This document shows, piece after piece, positions 12,492 through 26,809 of a DNA stretch of 64,000 bases. The notes beneath the pieces were generated by a model, which was not told where the DNA came from, searched no databases, and was given only the letters and a program-made list of their open reading frames with translations. The DNA lies in NCBI RefSeq assembly GCF_006345805.1, contig NC_043001.1:75578001-75642000 (forward strand), given 5' to 3'. This DNA comes from Octopus sinensis (taxonomy: Eukaryota). Each line of letters opens with the position of its first letter. The stretch's first letter is position 1. The position numbers and the translations under genes were made by a program.

Positions 12492-12559
<68 letters not shown>

Positions 12560-14296
12560 GTAATGGTAACGGTAATGCGATTTATTCAACGTGTTCGGAG
12601 CAAATTGGCATGACCCAAAAACTTAAGTTGATTAATAATTGCCAAACTTTGTGAAGCAAAGGGGATAATTATAAATACTTAGATCTATTATTGGTTGATA
12701 TCATGCAAGCAGCGCACACTTGCAATAACATTAAATATTTTTATATTTCAATATAACACCATCGATTTCGTCGTCTGTTGAATTATAAAATACAATATTT
12801 AGTTTATCCAATCATTTTTACTTGTGTTAAGGGTCAGTATTCGTATCTGGGGTTAGTATACTGTCTTATAGTACTTGCTATTATTTTATTAAATGCACAA
12901 TAAAGCAAAACATTCAAAGTTAATTACTTAAGAATATAATGCACTACTGTTGACCAATCAGCGTCTTTATGACTAATCCGGATCTAACTTACTGATCAAA
13001 CTGATCAAACGATATTGATTTATGTCTTTGACTTAGAAACAATGTTTCTTTTTTCTTCTTTCAGCAAATCATAACCTGGCAGAATGTGAACTAAAATGCG
13101 TAAGGCACTTAGTTCTGTACTTCCTTTTTCTGATGACTCATATCTCTAGTGGCTTATTAATTTTTATATTAAGTATAAGGTCATAATAGAAAGGTGAGAT
13201 GTGTCACATGATTCAGTTGTTTATTGTGTTTAATTTCATCAGATTTTGCGATGGAGTAAAAACCGAACATTGCAATAGTTTTAATCCAGCCTTCAACCGG
13301 TTCAAATATCTCTGCTGCTCTTGCTAGATAACGTATATCGTTTTCTTACTACATAGAACACTGTAATAGGCATGGAGGATGTAGTGGTGGCTGAGGGACT
13401 GTGTGACGTTGATATCTTTGTGAAGAGAATCACACACTGGTGGAGTTAAGAGAGGTGAATTTGCATCAATGGAAAATCAAAGCCAGATCCATATCAAAGT
13501 TTGTAAAAGAATACTCCACGGATCTCATCTGAATTAACAAGTATATTTTGTTGACTGGTATATTAGAAGTATTAGAAGTATTTGTGTAATCAACTTTGAA
13601 AGTAATAAAGACAAAAACAAATCTGGCTGTATTTGAAATTAAAGTGTAGTGAAGAACGAAATAAATAATGCAATGAATTTAGTCCATCGCTGCAAGCTCT
13701 TTTTACCAAAGTTAGCGATAGTCATTTATTTCCGATTCCACACAAATGCTCTGACTTAGGGAGAAGAAATCGAATATGATGATAGTTATACCTTCCTAAT
13801 CTTTGTTCTAAACAGCATTAGTTTACGCCAGGAATTGTATTTCAACTATAGATTCTTATATTAAGTTAATCATGCTTGGAAGAACATTGTTGCTGTCTTT
13901 CCAAAATGTTCAGTGGAAACGAAAATTTGTGCTAATTCTTTTTATATGGCTCTGAATAGCTTAAAATCTGCGGACGTTTGTGATATGATTATTCCTTATA
14001 TTTGATATCTATTACATAATAATTTCAGTAACGTACAGTGTAAGTTATACTGGACTGAATTGTTATACTGAATTGTTACACGTATTATGAAGAAACAACA
14101 ATAAGATGGTTTCAGAAAAAAGCCTCTCTGAATTACATGCATGAACATATACATAGAAAAATATGCATGAATGTATATGTTTGTGTGTTTATATGCGTAT
14201 GTGTATCTCCCAGTTTGTGTTCCCCAACGCCGCTTGACAGTCGCTGCTTATTTATTTACGATTGTGTAAGCAGTGGCCCGGCAAAAGATAGTGATA

Positions 14297-14741
14297 CAGT
14301 CGCCTGTCACCCATCACTATGTGATGAATACGATCAATGTTTTCCTCAGTGGTGGCAGTTGCAGGACGTCCAGACCTTGAGTCATCTGCAAGAATCTTCT
14401 TTTGCTTCCTAATTACGGCTGCCCACTTTTGCGCCCTTGATTAAGCTGGTGCCTCATCATTTAATGTAGTAACTATATCTGCATGAATGTCGTTGGGGAC
14501 TAAACCCTTTTTCTGCAGGTACTTGATAACACCATGAGACAAAATTTTGTTCATTTTTCAAGAGAATTCGTTACTGGTTACTTTTGAAGTGTTCTTCGAA
14601 CAGTCAGATGTCAGTTTACCTGGAAAGAAACACGGCAGTTATCAATAGGAAGCGCTGGAATTAATTAATGGATGAAAGATTTTACAGCTCTAGCATCACT
14701 CCGTCATAGTCAGCCTTTAATCGTTTCGGCCCACCCTCGTA
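14297..14741 (-). mobile_element. Mariner 5' end: TIR plus HTH-coding fragment
   Basis: TA|CGAGGG terminus at 14734-14741. ATG at 14554 gives MNKILSHGVIKYLQKKGLVPNDIHADIVTTLNDEAPA*SRAQKWAA..DDSRSGRPATATTEENIDRIHHIVMGDRRL. Confidence 0.9.
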
Positions 14742-14779
<38 letters not shown>

Positions 14780-14780
14780 T

Positions 14781-15105
14781 TGATATTATTATTAATAAAT
14801 GAAAAATATTATAGGTGGCTAGTTAGCAAAAATGAAAACCAGAAGGCAAATTTATAAACAAGGGTGCTAAATAGCACCAGCGTTGCTAGAAATAAGCGTT
14901 AAAAGCAACTCATTTAGCCACAATAGCACTAAAAGTTAACGAACTGACGAAATCGTGGGAGCGAGAAAAATATCCAACATACCAAAGCGAGGGACAATCG
15001 CAAATGACCGCTGGTGCTTTCTAATACACTTGTTTAGAAATTTGACTTTTGATTTTTTTTTTGCTAACTAGCCAGCTATATTATTATTCATTAATAATAA
15101 TATCA
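14781..15105. mobile_element. MITE-like element with about 100-bp inverted arms; truncated inverted copy of its interior at 15316-15455
   Basis: 14781-14882 is an imperfect reverse complement of 15009-15105. 14883-15008 is an imperfect reverse complement of 15316-15439. Confidence 0.7.
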
Positions 15106-15452
15106 TTATTTATTAATAATAATATCATTATCATTTATTAATGATAATATCATTATTTATAATTATACACTACTACCGTTTTAATTTGGCGCTAGCCCTT
15201 AACGGTTTTAACAAGCTTGTAAGTGGCGGTTAACCTTTTAGCTCCAGTCAGTAAGACCCAATGACAAATATCTGAGAGTTCGAAGTCACGTGAGATGGGT
15301 ATATCTGCATTTTCACTTGCGACTGTCCCTCACATTGGTATGTTGGCTATTTTTCTCGCTCCCCTAATTTCGTCAGCTTGTTAACTTTTAGTGCATTTGT
15401 GACTAATTGAGCCGCTTTTGATTCTTATTTCCAGCAACGTTGTACCCTTGTT

Positions 15453-15520
<68 letters not shown>

Positions 15521-15819
15521 TGTGTGTCTGTGTTTGTGTGTAGAAGGTTGATATTTTCCTGTTTTCTCTGTCTTTCTACCTACCGATACTTCACATAGGA
15601 AAGGAGACAGAGACAGAAAAAAGGAAAATGTCCTACATACTTGAAGACTATGGAAATATTTACAATACATTTCATTTAACTTTTTTCTAAAATTTGATTG
15701 TTTTTCTTGTTTTACTTTTAGCTGAAAAAGTCGAAAAGTCTGAAACCGGTACTAACCTTCACAAAATATACTTCATGATAAAATTATTTTACCATTTTCT
15801 ACCTTGTCCTATTTTCCTT

Positions 15820-15855
<36 letters not shown>

Positions 15856-15856
15856 T

Positions 15857-15894
<38 letters not shown>

Positions 15895-16986
15895 ATGTAT
15901 ATATAGATGCATACATATATGCATTCACATACTCTCACACGCACAAGGAGAGGGAAATAGTCACACAGAGAGTGGGACACGGTTAGAGAGAGAGAGGGGG
16001 GTAAAGGAGAGTGTCAAACATGTAGTGGACCGATCATAGTAGATGTTAGGCTAGCAGTTAGACTAACCCATTGTCAATGAATGTCTTTGTAAATAATTCT
16101 ATGCCACCTAAACCAGATGCAAATCTAAGAAATTCCATTGTTATTTTATCTTAGTAACAACAGTGGTATTTCTCTAGAATCGTGTCTGTTTGCTCTAAAG
16201 TCATCTCACTAACTCAGAAACAATGATATACTTCATTTAAGAAGTGAAGACTTTTACATAATTTTGTTTTATGGTTTTCTTCGTTCTGAACTAAATTTAT
16301 GTTATTGTAATAAACGACCAGCGAATTTTCATTTTATTTGAGTTCATAAATTTACTTATTTATGTTTGTCTGTCATGATTTTGAAACAGAACGATGCTTA
16401 TTTCGTTTTAGTTGTTACAAAACCACGTTCACAGATACAAACAAGTTCTATAAGAATGTCGCTCAATCATTCTAATTGCAGCTAACATTTCAATGGAAAG
16501 CTGCATGTAAACAGAAGCACGCACAGCAAACATTAAATAAACAAAGACATTCCATGTTTTGTGACATCAATACAGTTTTACGTAAGCTTACAGAAAGTGA
16601 TCTTTCAACACAGGATTCCCTTCTCTTACTATAATGAACAGCAAAAGCCACTTACAATAGCGTTTGATATTGAAATAAAATAAACTTATTCATTTGAGGA
16701 CGTAAAAAGTTTCTTTAAATGATTACAATGCGGATAGATTTCATGGTTTAATATTTGGAAAATAAAAGATAAAAAAAAGATCAAGAGGTTATATTTTACA
16801 CACATGCTTGGAGATAATATCTCATGAGTTTAACAAACTTTTGCACAACTTTTCTTTCTGCACTTCGATATATTAACTGTCACGTTTTTTTACCTCTAAG
16901 CTCGGTATCTCTATTTCGCTTTCTCCTATCTTGATTTCTTTCTCACACACCGACACGCAGACACGCATACGTGTATGTGTATGTGA

Positions 16987-17073
<87 letters not shown>

Positions 17074-18299
17074 GTGTGAAAGAGAGTATATTAATAAGAG
17101 TGGTGTCGGCATATTTAAACAATGATAAGTAGAAAATAAGGTATTTTATATCTGATTTCAAAATGGCAGTATAAAAGATCTCGGCATGAGAGGAAACTGC
17201 TGTAAGCGTGGTTTAGCGATAAAATCACATATGATTGTATGTGTATGTGCGTGCACGTCTGTGTGTTTGTGCGTGTGTTTGTGTGTGTGTTTGTGTGTGT
17301 GTGTGTGCGTGCGTGCGTGTGTGTGCGTGTGTATCGGGGTGAGATTATGTGAGAAACACGATACTTGGAGTAGTGAAGAGTTTTCTTCAAATAAATGAAC
17401 AAATTTTATTACATAAGTAAATATTTTATTTCACTTGTATACCTACCACACACACACACACGTCGCGCACGCACCCACATGCATAGCAGTCCCCAGCGCA
17501 AGCGCACACGCACACACGTGTCTTTATAGAGATTTTCATTGATTATATTATTGATTTCTGTTCTATAGGTTTATCTCATCACTAACAGAGATAACATTTA
17601 GTGCAATTATTTCACAGTAGTTTGATCTCATGAAAAGTAGCTCGGCTTGTCTAGAATTTTAAAATGTTAAAAGACTATTTCATATCTTTTTTATTTTAGT
17701 ACAAGAATGGTTGATGCCGTTTAGCCCTAGGTGGGTCCTATGACCAGGTAAAGCCACATTTTAATACGTAAGATCCCATCTTTTTCTCAGCCATATTAGA
17801 AGTGATATTAAATCATAAAGTAAGTCTCAGTTTTTAAAACTGTATGTTAATCAAAGACCAGTGTAGCTAGTTTTTCTGTCGGATTGTATGACTTCCAAGG
17901 AGCCGACCAGGCTGTCATCTTAATGAATAGTTTTGTAGAACGGCAATTAGTATTCTTTTAATTTACAATAAAATTCTTGGAACTTCTATTTTAATATTTT
18001 GTAATATTTTTGGTTCATCGTGTTCTCTCTCTATCCAGCGTATATATTCTGGATACGAATATTCTCTTAAACTTATAAAGTTTTGAATGTTGTGCCGTCT
18101 CATCAACATCGTCAGTAACCCGAGTTCTGTGACGCATACGGGCAGTTATCCGGTTTCTATGATGTATAAGTAACCGAGATCAAAACATTCTCGGGTTGCT
18201 ATTTACCGCTGGATGGGAACATAAAATGAAGTGTTATGTCGCGAACACAGTGTAATTCACTGTGCGAATCCATCAACCAACCACTAAGCCATGCGCCTC

Positions 18300-18460
18300 C
18301 ACTCCGGCGCAATACTCTAGGTCGACTTTGTCTGTCATCCTTTCGGGGTCGATAAATTAAGTACCAGTTACGCACTGGGGTCGATGCAATCGACTTAATC
18401 CCTTTGTCTGTCCTTGTTTGTCTATTTTATGTTTAGCCTCTTGTGGGCAATAAAGAAATA
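18300..18460 (+). mobile_element. SINE S2, abutting a minus-strand SINE head (about 18200-18303)
   Basis: Core tcatcctttcggggtcgataaattaagtaccagttacgcactggggtcgatg and tail ending aaagaaata. Confidence 0.85.
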
Positions 18461-19458
18461 AGATGTTGATACAAACACTATCTCAAAGCGAATAGTTTAT
18501 TTTAAGAATGTTATTGATCTGATCATCAAAACTTTTTAAAAATGGTATTTCAAGATATTTTATAGTATTGCATACTATTTGATAATCATATCATTACCAA
18601 ATCACTGCCACCTCGTTTCTTGTTAAATCGACCCTGACTTTTCCTACCATTTATTGAATGCCTGTCTAGTAACCATTGCATGCTGATACACTAAGAAATA
18701 CCTATCTCTAACTTATACTCCACAAACATACACAAGACTAGAGTTGCAGAATTGGTAAAAGCCGTTTCCCTTCGTTTCTGAGTTGTTCATATTTTAGTCA
18801 GAAGAAATACTGAATCATAGTTTTTTAGAATTTTACAGGTTTCAAGTCATTGTTATGTGCTAGTACTGGAATAATACCTTTAACTATATTAGTCACAATA
18901 TCGACCCTTAACTTTTCAGTTCAAGGTATTACATCGACTCTACATGAATGACATGCAAAGCCAATGTAGCCGGGAATTGTATGTTCCCAAATAAAGCAAA
19001 TTGTATTGTCCGACACTCAACCGATTAGAAGGTAATCACCAATTAATACTATTAAATATATTTTCTTAAATATGGACTCAGACATAAATTTGTGGTGAAA
19101 AATTTCGCTTTGTAATCAGGTAGTTTCGAGCCCAACCCCACTGCAAGTAGGAGATTTTGGACGACTGTCTTCAGTTTCAGCCTTAGATCGGCCAAAACCT
19201 TTTGAGTGGATCTGGTAGACGGAAACTGAGTGGCAGCCTGTTCTATATGTATGAGTGTGTACCAAAATGTTCCTGGCTTTGAGTAAAAGAAAATACAGGA
19301 GGATCAGTTAATTGTGTTTTTATTCATGATGTTCCTCTCTCAGATTCCTTCAGTTTTTCTAAGCTTTGTAAAAGAACTCGGAAGCTTGGGCCTCAAACCA
19401 TGCCTTTCACGACACCCTTAGAGCCAGGCATTTTTCAGCACTCCTTCGTATATATATA

Positions 19459-19496
<38 letters not shown>

Positions 19497-19849
19497 TGTG
19501 TCTGTGTGCTTTTGTGTCTGAGTTTGTTCCCTCTTGCAGCTTGATGTTGGTTTGTTTACATCCACGTAACCTAGCTGTTCTGCAAAAAATATCTGATAAA
19601 ATAAGAGCCAGATTAAAAAAGCCAATAAGCACAACCTTCGATCTTTTCAACCAAATCCTTCAAAGTGATGCGTAACATAACAAGTAAAAAAGAGAAGATT
19701 GTTGAAATTTACATAGCCATTGTAGTATTCCAATGCTATTTTGGTTTTCCCCATAATCTGCCACTCGGCTTCGCTTACATCAATGGCTTCTAATTTAGGC
19801 CCACAGCCAGCAATTCTGAGAGAAGATGATTAGTCGATATCATTGCTCC

Positions 19850-19983
19850 CAGTACTTATTCTATCGTTCTCTTTTGTCGAACCGCTAGGTTGTGGGGACG
19901 TAAACGCACAAATATCAGTTGTCAAGTGATGATGGGGGACAACACAGACACACAAACATACACACATACACACACACATACAC

Positions 19984-20033
<50 letters not shown>

Positions 20034-20065
20034 GACGGGCTTCTTTCAGTTTCCGTCTACCAAAT
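19850..20065 (-). mobile_element. SINE S1, partial
   Basis: Matches 20900-21080. Confidence 0.8.
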
Positions 20066-20399
20066 CCAATGTGTAATAGATGCCACAAGACCAGTAGTTA
20101 TCAGAATGCAGCATTTGTATGGAGTTACTTTCTCCTAACTGAGCAGCTAAAGGGCTGACTGGCCTCATCTGACCTATGCCAGTAAGAAAGTATTTGAGAA
20201 GTCTTGTTCTGGTGGCAATTCCATGATATGCTAATTAAAGCATAGCTGAGATACTGACTGGTGCTAATACTTCGGGTAAGAGCAGACCTGAGAACATTAG
20301 CAGCTAAGAGATGGTTACATACTCCTCAAAATCTTGAAACTCCAGAGCCAGGGGCCCACAACCGGATGCAGATTAAAGTCATACCAGTATATTGATTAA

Positions 20400-20760
20400 A
20401 TTTTGGCACAATGCCAGCAGTTTCAGTGAAGGGAAAAGTCGATTACATTGATCCAGTACCAGCATCGACTGTGAAGAATGAAAACCAAAGTTAAACTCGG
20501 CGGTATTTGAGTTCCGAATGTAAAGACGGACGAAATACCACCAACCATTTTGCCTTGTGTGCTAACGATTTTGCGAGCTTGCCGCCTTAGTAATACCCAT
20601 TATATTGGTTTCAAATTTCAGCACAAGACCAGTGATTTCGGGGTCGGGGGTAAGTCGATTACATCGACCCCAGTGCTCAACTGGTACTCATTTTATCGAT
20701 CCCGAAATGATGAAAGGCAAAATCAACCTCGGCAAAATTTGAACTCCCAGCGCATCATAT
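20400..20760 (-). mobile_element. Two adjacent SINE S2 copies
   Basis: Two cores, at about 20430-20580 and 20640-20750. Confidence 0.75.
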
Positions 20761-20811
20761 CCCGTATATTACAAACTATATTCTCTTCCAAATAAACCGT
20801 TCAGTGACTTA

Positions 20812-21212
20812 CTCTTTTACTCTTTTACTTGTTTTAGTAATTTGACTGCGGTCATGCTGGAGCACCACCTTTAGTCGAGCAAATCGATCCCAGAACTTAT
20901 TCTTCGTAAGCCTAATACTTATTCTATCGGTTTCTTTTCCCGAAACGCTAGGTTACGGGGACGTAAACACACCACCATCGGCTGTCATGGGGGGGGGACA
21001 GACACAGAAAAACAAACACACACACATACATATATATATACATATATACGACGGGCTTCTTTCAGTTTCGGTCTACCAAATCCACTCACAAGGCTTTGGT
21101 CGGCCCGAGGCTATAGTAGAAGACACTTGCCCGAGGTGCCACGCAGTGCGACTGAACCCGGAACCGTGTGGTTGGTATGCAAGCTACTTGCCACACAGCC
21201 ACTTCTGCGCCC
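20812..21212 (-). mobile_element. SINE S1, full length
   Basis: tRNA-like head, body, internal microsatellite and tail ending ...gaaacaagtaaaagagtaaaaga. Confidence 0.9.
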
Positions 21213-21881
21213 ATTTACATTATGTTATGACTTAATCTTATTTTTTCTGTTTTTCTAAGTTTATGCCTTATGAACATTTGCAATGATCGCCAAGTAAAAC
21301 ACTTGCAAATACAAATTGAAAGATAATGCAAATCTCACTAGATACAATCATACCAAAAGTAAACACGACTAATCAGAACAAACGTGACTTTCTGATTCAG
21401 CTTAAGAGAAAACTATGTACAGAAAATAGGTATGCGTAAAAATTGACAATATATTGAAAGACCAATTTAGAATCTGCAGAAATAAGACACCAGTGTTGCA
21501 GAAAAATAATCATAAACTACACCATTAATCTTTAACCTTTTATTTATCTATTTGTTTCAGTTCCTGGACTGTGGCTATACTGGAGCACAGCCTTAAATGA
21601 TTTAGTCAAACAAATTGCCTACAGTACTTATGGTTTAAGTCTAGTAATTACAGTTAACTTACGGAGATGTAAACAAACCAACGCGAGTCTTCAAGCGGTA
21701 GGAGGGACTCACGCAAACAAGAACACATGCACACACACGTACACACACACATACACACACACATACACACACATACACACACACACATACACACACATAC
21801 ACACACACAATGTGCTCGCACATAGCTTCCGCCTTCCAAATTCACGTCTAACAATGGATTGACTGGTCCGGGGCTATAGTA

Positions 21882-22268
21882 TATTTCTTTATTGCCCACA
21901 AGGAGCTAAACACAGAGGGACAAACAAGGACAGACAGCAGGTTTAAATCGATTGCATCGATCTCAGTGTGTAACTGGTACTTACTTAATCTACCCCGAAA
22001 GGATGAAGAGCAAAGTCGACCTCGGCGGAACTTGAACTCAGAATGCAACGGCAGACGAAATACCTATTTCTTTACTACCGACAAGGGGCCAAACACAGAG
22101 AGGACAAACAAGGACACACAAAAAGATTAAGTCGATTATATCGACCCCAGTGCGTAGCTGGTACATATTTAATCGACCCCGAAAGGATGAAAGGCAAAGT
22201 CGACCTCGGCGGAATTTGAACTCAGAACGTAACGGCAGACGAAATACGTGCTAACGATTCTACCAGTT
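21882..22268 (-). mobile_element. SINE S2 tandem dimer (183-bp unit)
   Basis: Units start at 21882 and 22065; junction gaaatacc|tatttctttact. Confidence 0.9.
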
Positions 22269-22417
22269 CTCCTTTACCCAAGATATCCTGCCATCGGGTT
22301 GAATCCAAACACTTGGTAACAAAGCTAGTTTCTTAAGTACACAGCCACGTCTACGCCTGTCTAAGCGAGGATCATGATTTAACTCCTGAAGAAATATTAA
22401 ATAAAATGACAAAATAA

Positions 22418-22650
22418 AGGCATGAATAGACAAAGGAGGAATGCGATTCTTTGTTATGAACATATTTCCTAAATACACAATGCCAAACACAAGAAATTAC
22501 TGTAGACTGTACACAGCATCTCTCGTGGAATCTGTAACTCTTTGAAAAGTTAAATTTAGATGGATGCCAAGAGATTATCTAATGCACGAATATAAATACA
22601 TAAAACTACAGAAATATCAGATGTAGAAACATAAGAGTTTAAAAAGAAAG
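22418..22650 (+). mobile_element. R4/Dong-like (RLE) LINE N-terminal remnant
   Basis: RHE*TKEECDSLL*TYF then MDAKRLSNARI*IHKTTEISDVET, paralleling KWTPVEYISLLHAYF...MNPNKLVNI at 47.4-47.7 kb. Clade assignment is from recalled motif similarity. Confidence 0.5.
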
Positions 22651-23931
22651 ACTTCGTAAAGAAAGTAGAAAACAAATAAACAAAAGAAACGAAAGAACAA
22701 AACAAATAACAATGATATAAAACAATAAAGGCATAAGCTGGGAATATCAAGGAATAAAAAGAAAAATGTCAAATATGAAAAAGAAAAAAATTCTCAGAAT
22801 ACAAAAAGAAGCAGCAAAGTCTGTAAATTTCGCAGAATATTGACAAACAAAAACAAAAGCTAAAACGGAATTACGTTAGTGAGAAAAATATGGAAGGCCA
22901 AGTGAATATGAAATGGAAGAAATATGGTAAATAAAAAAAAGGTATTAAAGATAATAAAATAGTGTACAGATGCAGAAAGAACGGAAGAGTCTACCATAGA
23001 TATTAAAACATAGAAAGACAACAAGTATAGTGGCGAACGGTAATTGAATCATGTGGAAACAAATATCACCAACGAAAACACAAATAAACCAACGAGGAAC
23101 ATTACACACACTCGCATACGTATACATATTTGTGTGTACATATACGCACAAATATATATATATGTGTGCGAGTATGTTTGTGTGTGTGTATGTGCGTCTG
23201 TTTATCTGTGCGTGTACGCATATATTTGCATGTATGTATTTATGTTTGTATGTAAATATATACACGCATATATCCATAGTATTTTACATACATGCATACA
23301 TATATTACATTATATATATATACGTATGTGTATGTATATACACACACATCTCTTGCTCTCTCTCTTTCTCTGTATATACATACATATATATGTATGTATA
23401 TATATATACATATATCTGATAAATTGATCGTCTCGACATAGCAACCAAATATCTATCAAATAACAACTTACACTATTAGTGCATTGGTTAACGACATACC
23501 CGAAACAGGTGTCACTACCTGGCTAGGGATTTCACTGCACAAATAAGTGGTTTTTGTTTCGATACCACTGCACACTACTTCAGACCAGGTACCATATACA
23601 CTAGACAAATGAAAAATTAAATACTTCACCCCGTCTAAAGAAAAATGTCAGAATGAACAACTATTCGAGATAACCTTTGAGTAAATCCTGCTGTCTAGTT
23701 CAGTTCCACGAAGCAATATAATAAACTAGCAGTATAACCCGGCCTTGCCCGGAATTAAGTTACGATTATTAAGCTAATGCTTCCACGTACATCTGCATGC
23801 ATAAAAGTGTCTTATATGTATCCGCAGCACAATATGTGTTCCCTTCTAGATAACCGAAATTGCTTCAGCCAATGGAATACGTCCGAATAAATCACGTCCT
23901 CACCCATCTTACTTTACCAGCATTCTTTCTC

Positions 23932-23981
<50 letters not shown>

Positions 23982-23999
23982 AACCGCAGACTCACACAG

Positions 24000-24049
<50 letters not shown>

Positions 24050-24168
24050 ATGTGTGTGCGTGTGTGTGTGTAAAATTATATAGGGTGGTGAATATTTTTA
24101 GAAATTTCACCACCAGTGGCTTAGTATGTATATAATGTCAATAGACAACATATTTTCAATATAAAATA

Positions 24169-24327
24169 GTGTACATATAAACACAAGATAAAACTACCTT
24201 TAATTGGTATTTTTTACACTCTAGAAGAAGCAATCGAAATGACCAAAAATGGGTCGTTTTGACTGCTTCTTCTAGCGTGTAAAAATTACCTATTAAAGGT
24301 AATTTTCTCTTGTGTTTATATGTACAC
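24169..24327. mobile_element. Fold-back MITE-like palindrome flanked by TA
   Basis: About 75-bp imperfect arms gtgtacatataaacacaag...gacc and gggtc...cttgtgtttatatgtacac with a short loop. TA at 24167-24168 and 24328-24329. Confidence 0.75.
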
Positions 24328-24370
<43 letters not shown>

Positions 24371-24861
24371 ATTATATATATATATATATATATTCCACTT
24401 TAAAGTAAATTTACATTTATTGTATTTTGAGATGAAAAGGGCCAGGGAACAGAATATAAAGTGATGCTTGTTCTAGTACCTACATTTAGGCGTAAATTCA
24501 GTTCACTTGTTGAGCATTTCAAATTGATACTTACCAAATGTAGTTAAAAATACTTATTTTTTAGTTTAACTTAGAAATACAATACAGGTACCAGGACATT
24601 TATATGATGTTGAAGTGTCAGTAGCTGATCATGTTTGTTAATATTTTCAATCGCTTTATTCTTTTAGACTCCAGATGTACTAGAAAAAAAAGAAATGATT
24701 TGTTTTTATGTATGAAAGTGTGGAAGTGGTGCACGTTCCTACTTGTTTGGAATAGCGTAAGTTTACACATTATCATGTGTTAATGATAAGTACGTTGGGT
24801 CAGAACAAAAGTATCGTCGTTGAATATATACTATGTTCATATTTATATAGCGAAGTGAAGG

Positions 24862-25065
24862 CACGTGGCATAATGTTTAGGATTATTCTGCCCACAATCG
24901 TAAGGTCGTGCGTTTGATTCTGGTGGCGCATTTTTTCTTGAGCAAGACACTTTATTTCATGTTGCTGCAGTTTACTTGTACGTTTACTTCAGGAGCAGGC
25001 TATTCCGTTGATAGGATCATTTGGAACAAACGTCGTCGTGACCAGTAGAACACCATATATGTAGT
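24862..25065 (+). mobile_element. SINE family S3 (V-domain-like), degenerate
   Basis: tRNA-like head plus ttgagcaagacactttatttcatgttgctgcag, as in 49648-49880 and 57960-58220. Confidence 0.7.
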
Positions 25066-25897
25066 GTCCTCTATCAATTTTAACTATGTGTGCGGTGATG
25101 TTTATCCAGATAGCCGTTACTTGTACAGTATTTTCGTCCAATGACTTAAAGTCTTTCTGATTATTCTAATAGTGTAAGTGTATGAGTTTCTAACTTGCAC
25201 GCTATTTCCGTAATTTTGTTTTTCTTGAACCCGCTATCGTTTAGTGTAGTTTTATAGCACAACATGACAGACAGATATCTTATCAGAATATATTACATAA
25301 ATGCATCACTGTGTCACTATAGACGAGATAAAATATCTTTTGGTATTTTCTAGTTTTTTGTTGATGGTATTTATCATCTATCTTTAAACCTTCTTACTTT
25401 TTTCAGCCATACTGGTGAATCACATTGGAGGGTTTAGCTGAATAAATCGACCGCAAAACATTGTTAAAACCTGTTACCTTTTCTATTTTCTTCTGTCGTT
25501 CTAAAAGTAACGGGTTTTAAACAAACCAACATTGGTTGTGAAAGCAGTGGTGGGGGATAAACACAAATATAAATACACACACAGAAGCATATTATCTAAT
25601 AACAATATAATTCGACTTCATTTAAAGCTTCGTAGGGCCTTCACACCAACCTTGCTTGCCAGGTTTAATCAACCGAATGGAGGGATGGGGCAAGTTCAAG
25701 ATGGCTACAGAAGACTAGCCGCTTTTTGGTCCAGGCGAATCGTGTGGTATTGAAATATCAGCGACATCAAATAGAAATTCCGATATGTTTCTCGGACTGT
25801 GTGGTTAGACACAGTAGATACACAGAATAACGCACAAGATACACACGCTCACGCATTCATGCAGCAAGGATACTCATCCCAGCCATATACAAACACA

Positions 25898-25929
<32 letters not shown>

Positions 25930-26809
25930 TACACACACACAAACACACACACACACATACACACACACATACACGTCGTTACCTTGATTCTTAACGCGTT
26001 ACCTAGATAGCGAAGTACGAATATCATCGTGTCTAACTACGCAATCCGAGAAATACAGATTGAGAATTCTGTCTGATGTCAGTGATATATTTCAATACTA
26101 ATATTGTCTCAGCTACAGAAGAAGCACATGTCATACAACAGTTCAGAGGGCGTAACATCGACGCTATCACGCCAGGAAATTGTATTCGTTGGTATAGACT
26201 GACCCAGACCTACCTTCTAAGATGCCTCGACCACCAGGAAATAGACGGCTAAATCATCCCCTTATCAAGGCTGTAAATCAATAATTATCTTAGTGTACAT
26301 AGCATCATTTACCCGATGAAAGAAAACTTGCAAAGGAATGACACACATCACAACGTAGTGTATTCAAAATCAAAGAAAATGAGCATTTGTTGTAATTGTG
26401 AGTTATTTAAAAAGATTGAAAAGCCTGGATTGCGATTTTATGAAATCTTTAACATAGATACATGTACCTATGCAATGATAAAAGAATACTTAGAAAAGCG
26501 ATGGACACAACAGAGTGCTTAAAGCATAAACACTAGATGAAAATACATAATTATGATAACAATGATCATGAGATAAAACCAAAACAGCTATCATGCAAAT
26601 TTGATTGCCCGAAGCGTTAAATAGATTGCTCCGAAACGAATTTGAATGCTCGAAAAAACGCTTCCTTGCATTCCAATTAATTTAAATGCCCTCGGTGGGG
26701 TTTTTAGTTTGAATGATATAAATGCTAAATTCTTTGACCGAAGTGAGAAATTGAATGATCCGATTATCAAATTCAATGGCAAACGTACGAAAATGAGTGT
26801 AAAAACCTA

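Noticed and set aside
26050-26800. Protein-like short ORFs next to the CR1 fragment
   Set aside because: No motif I can recognise, and multiple stops.
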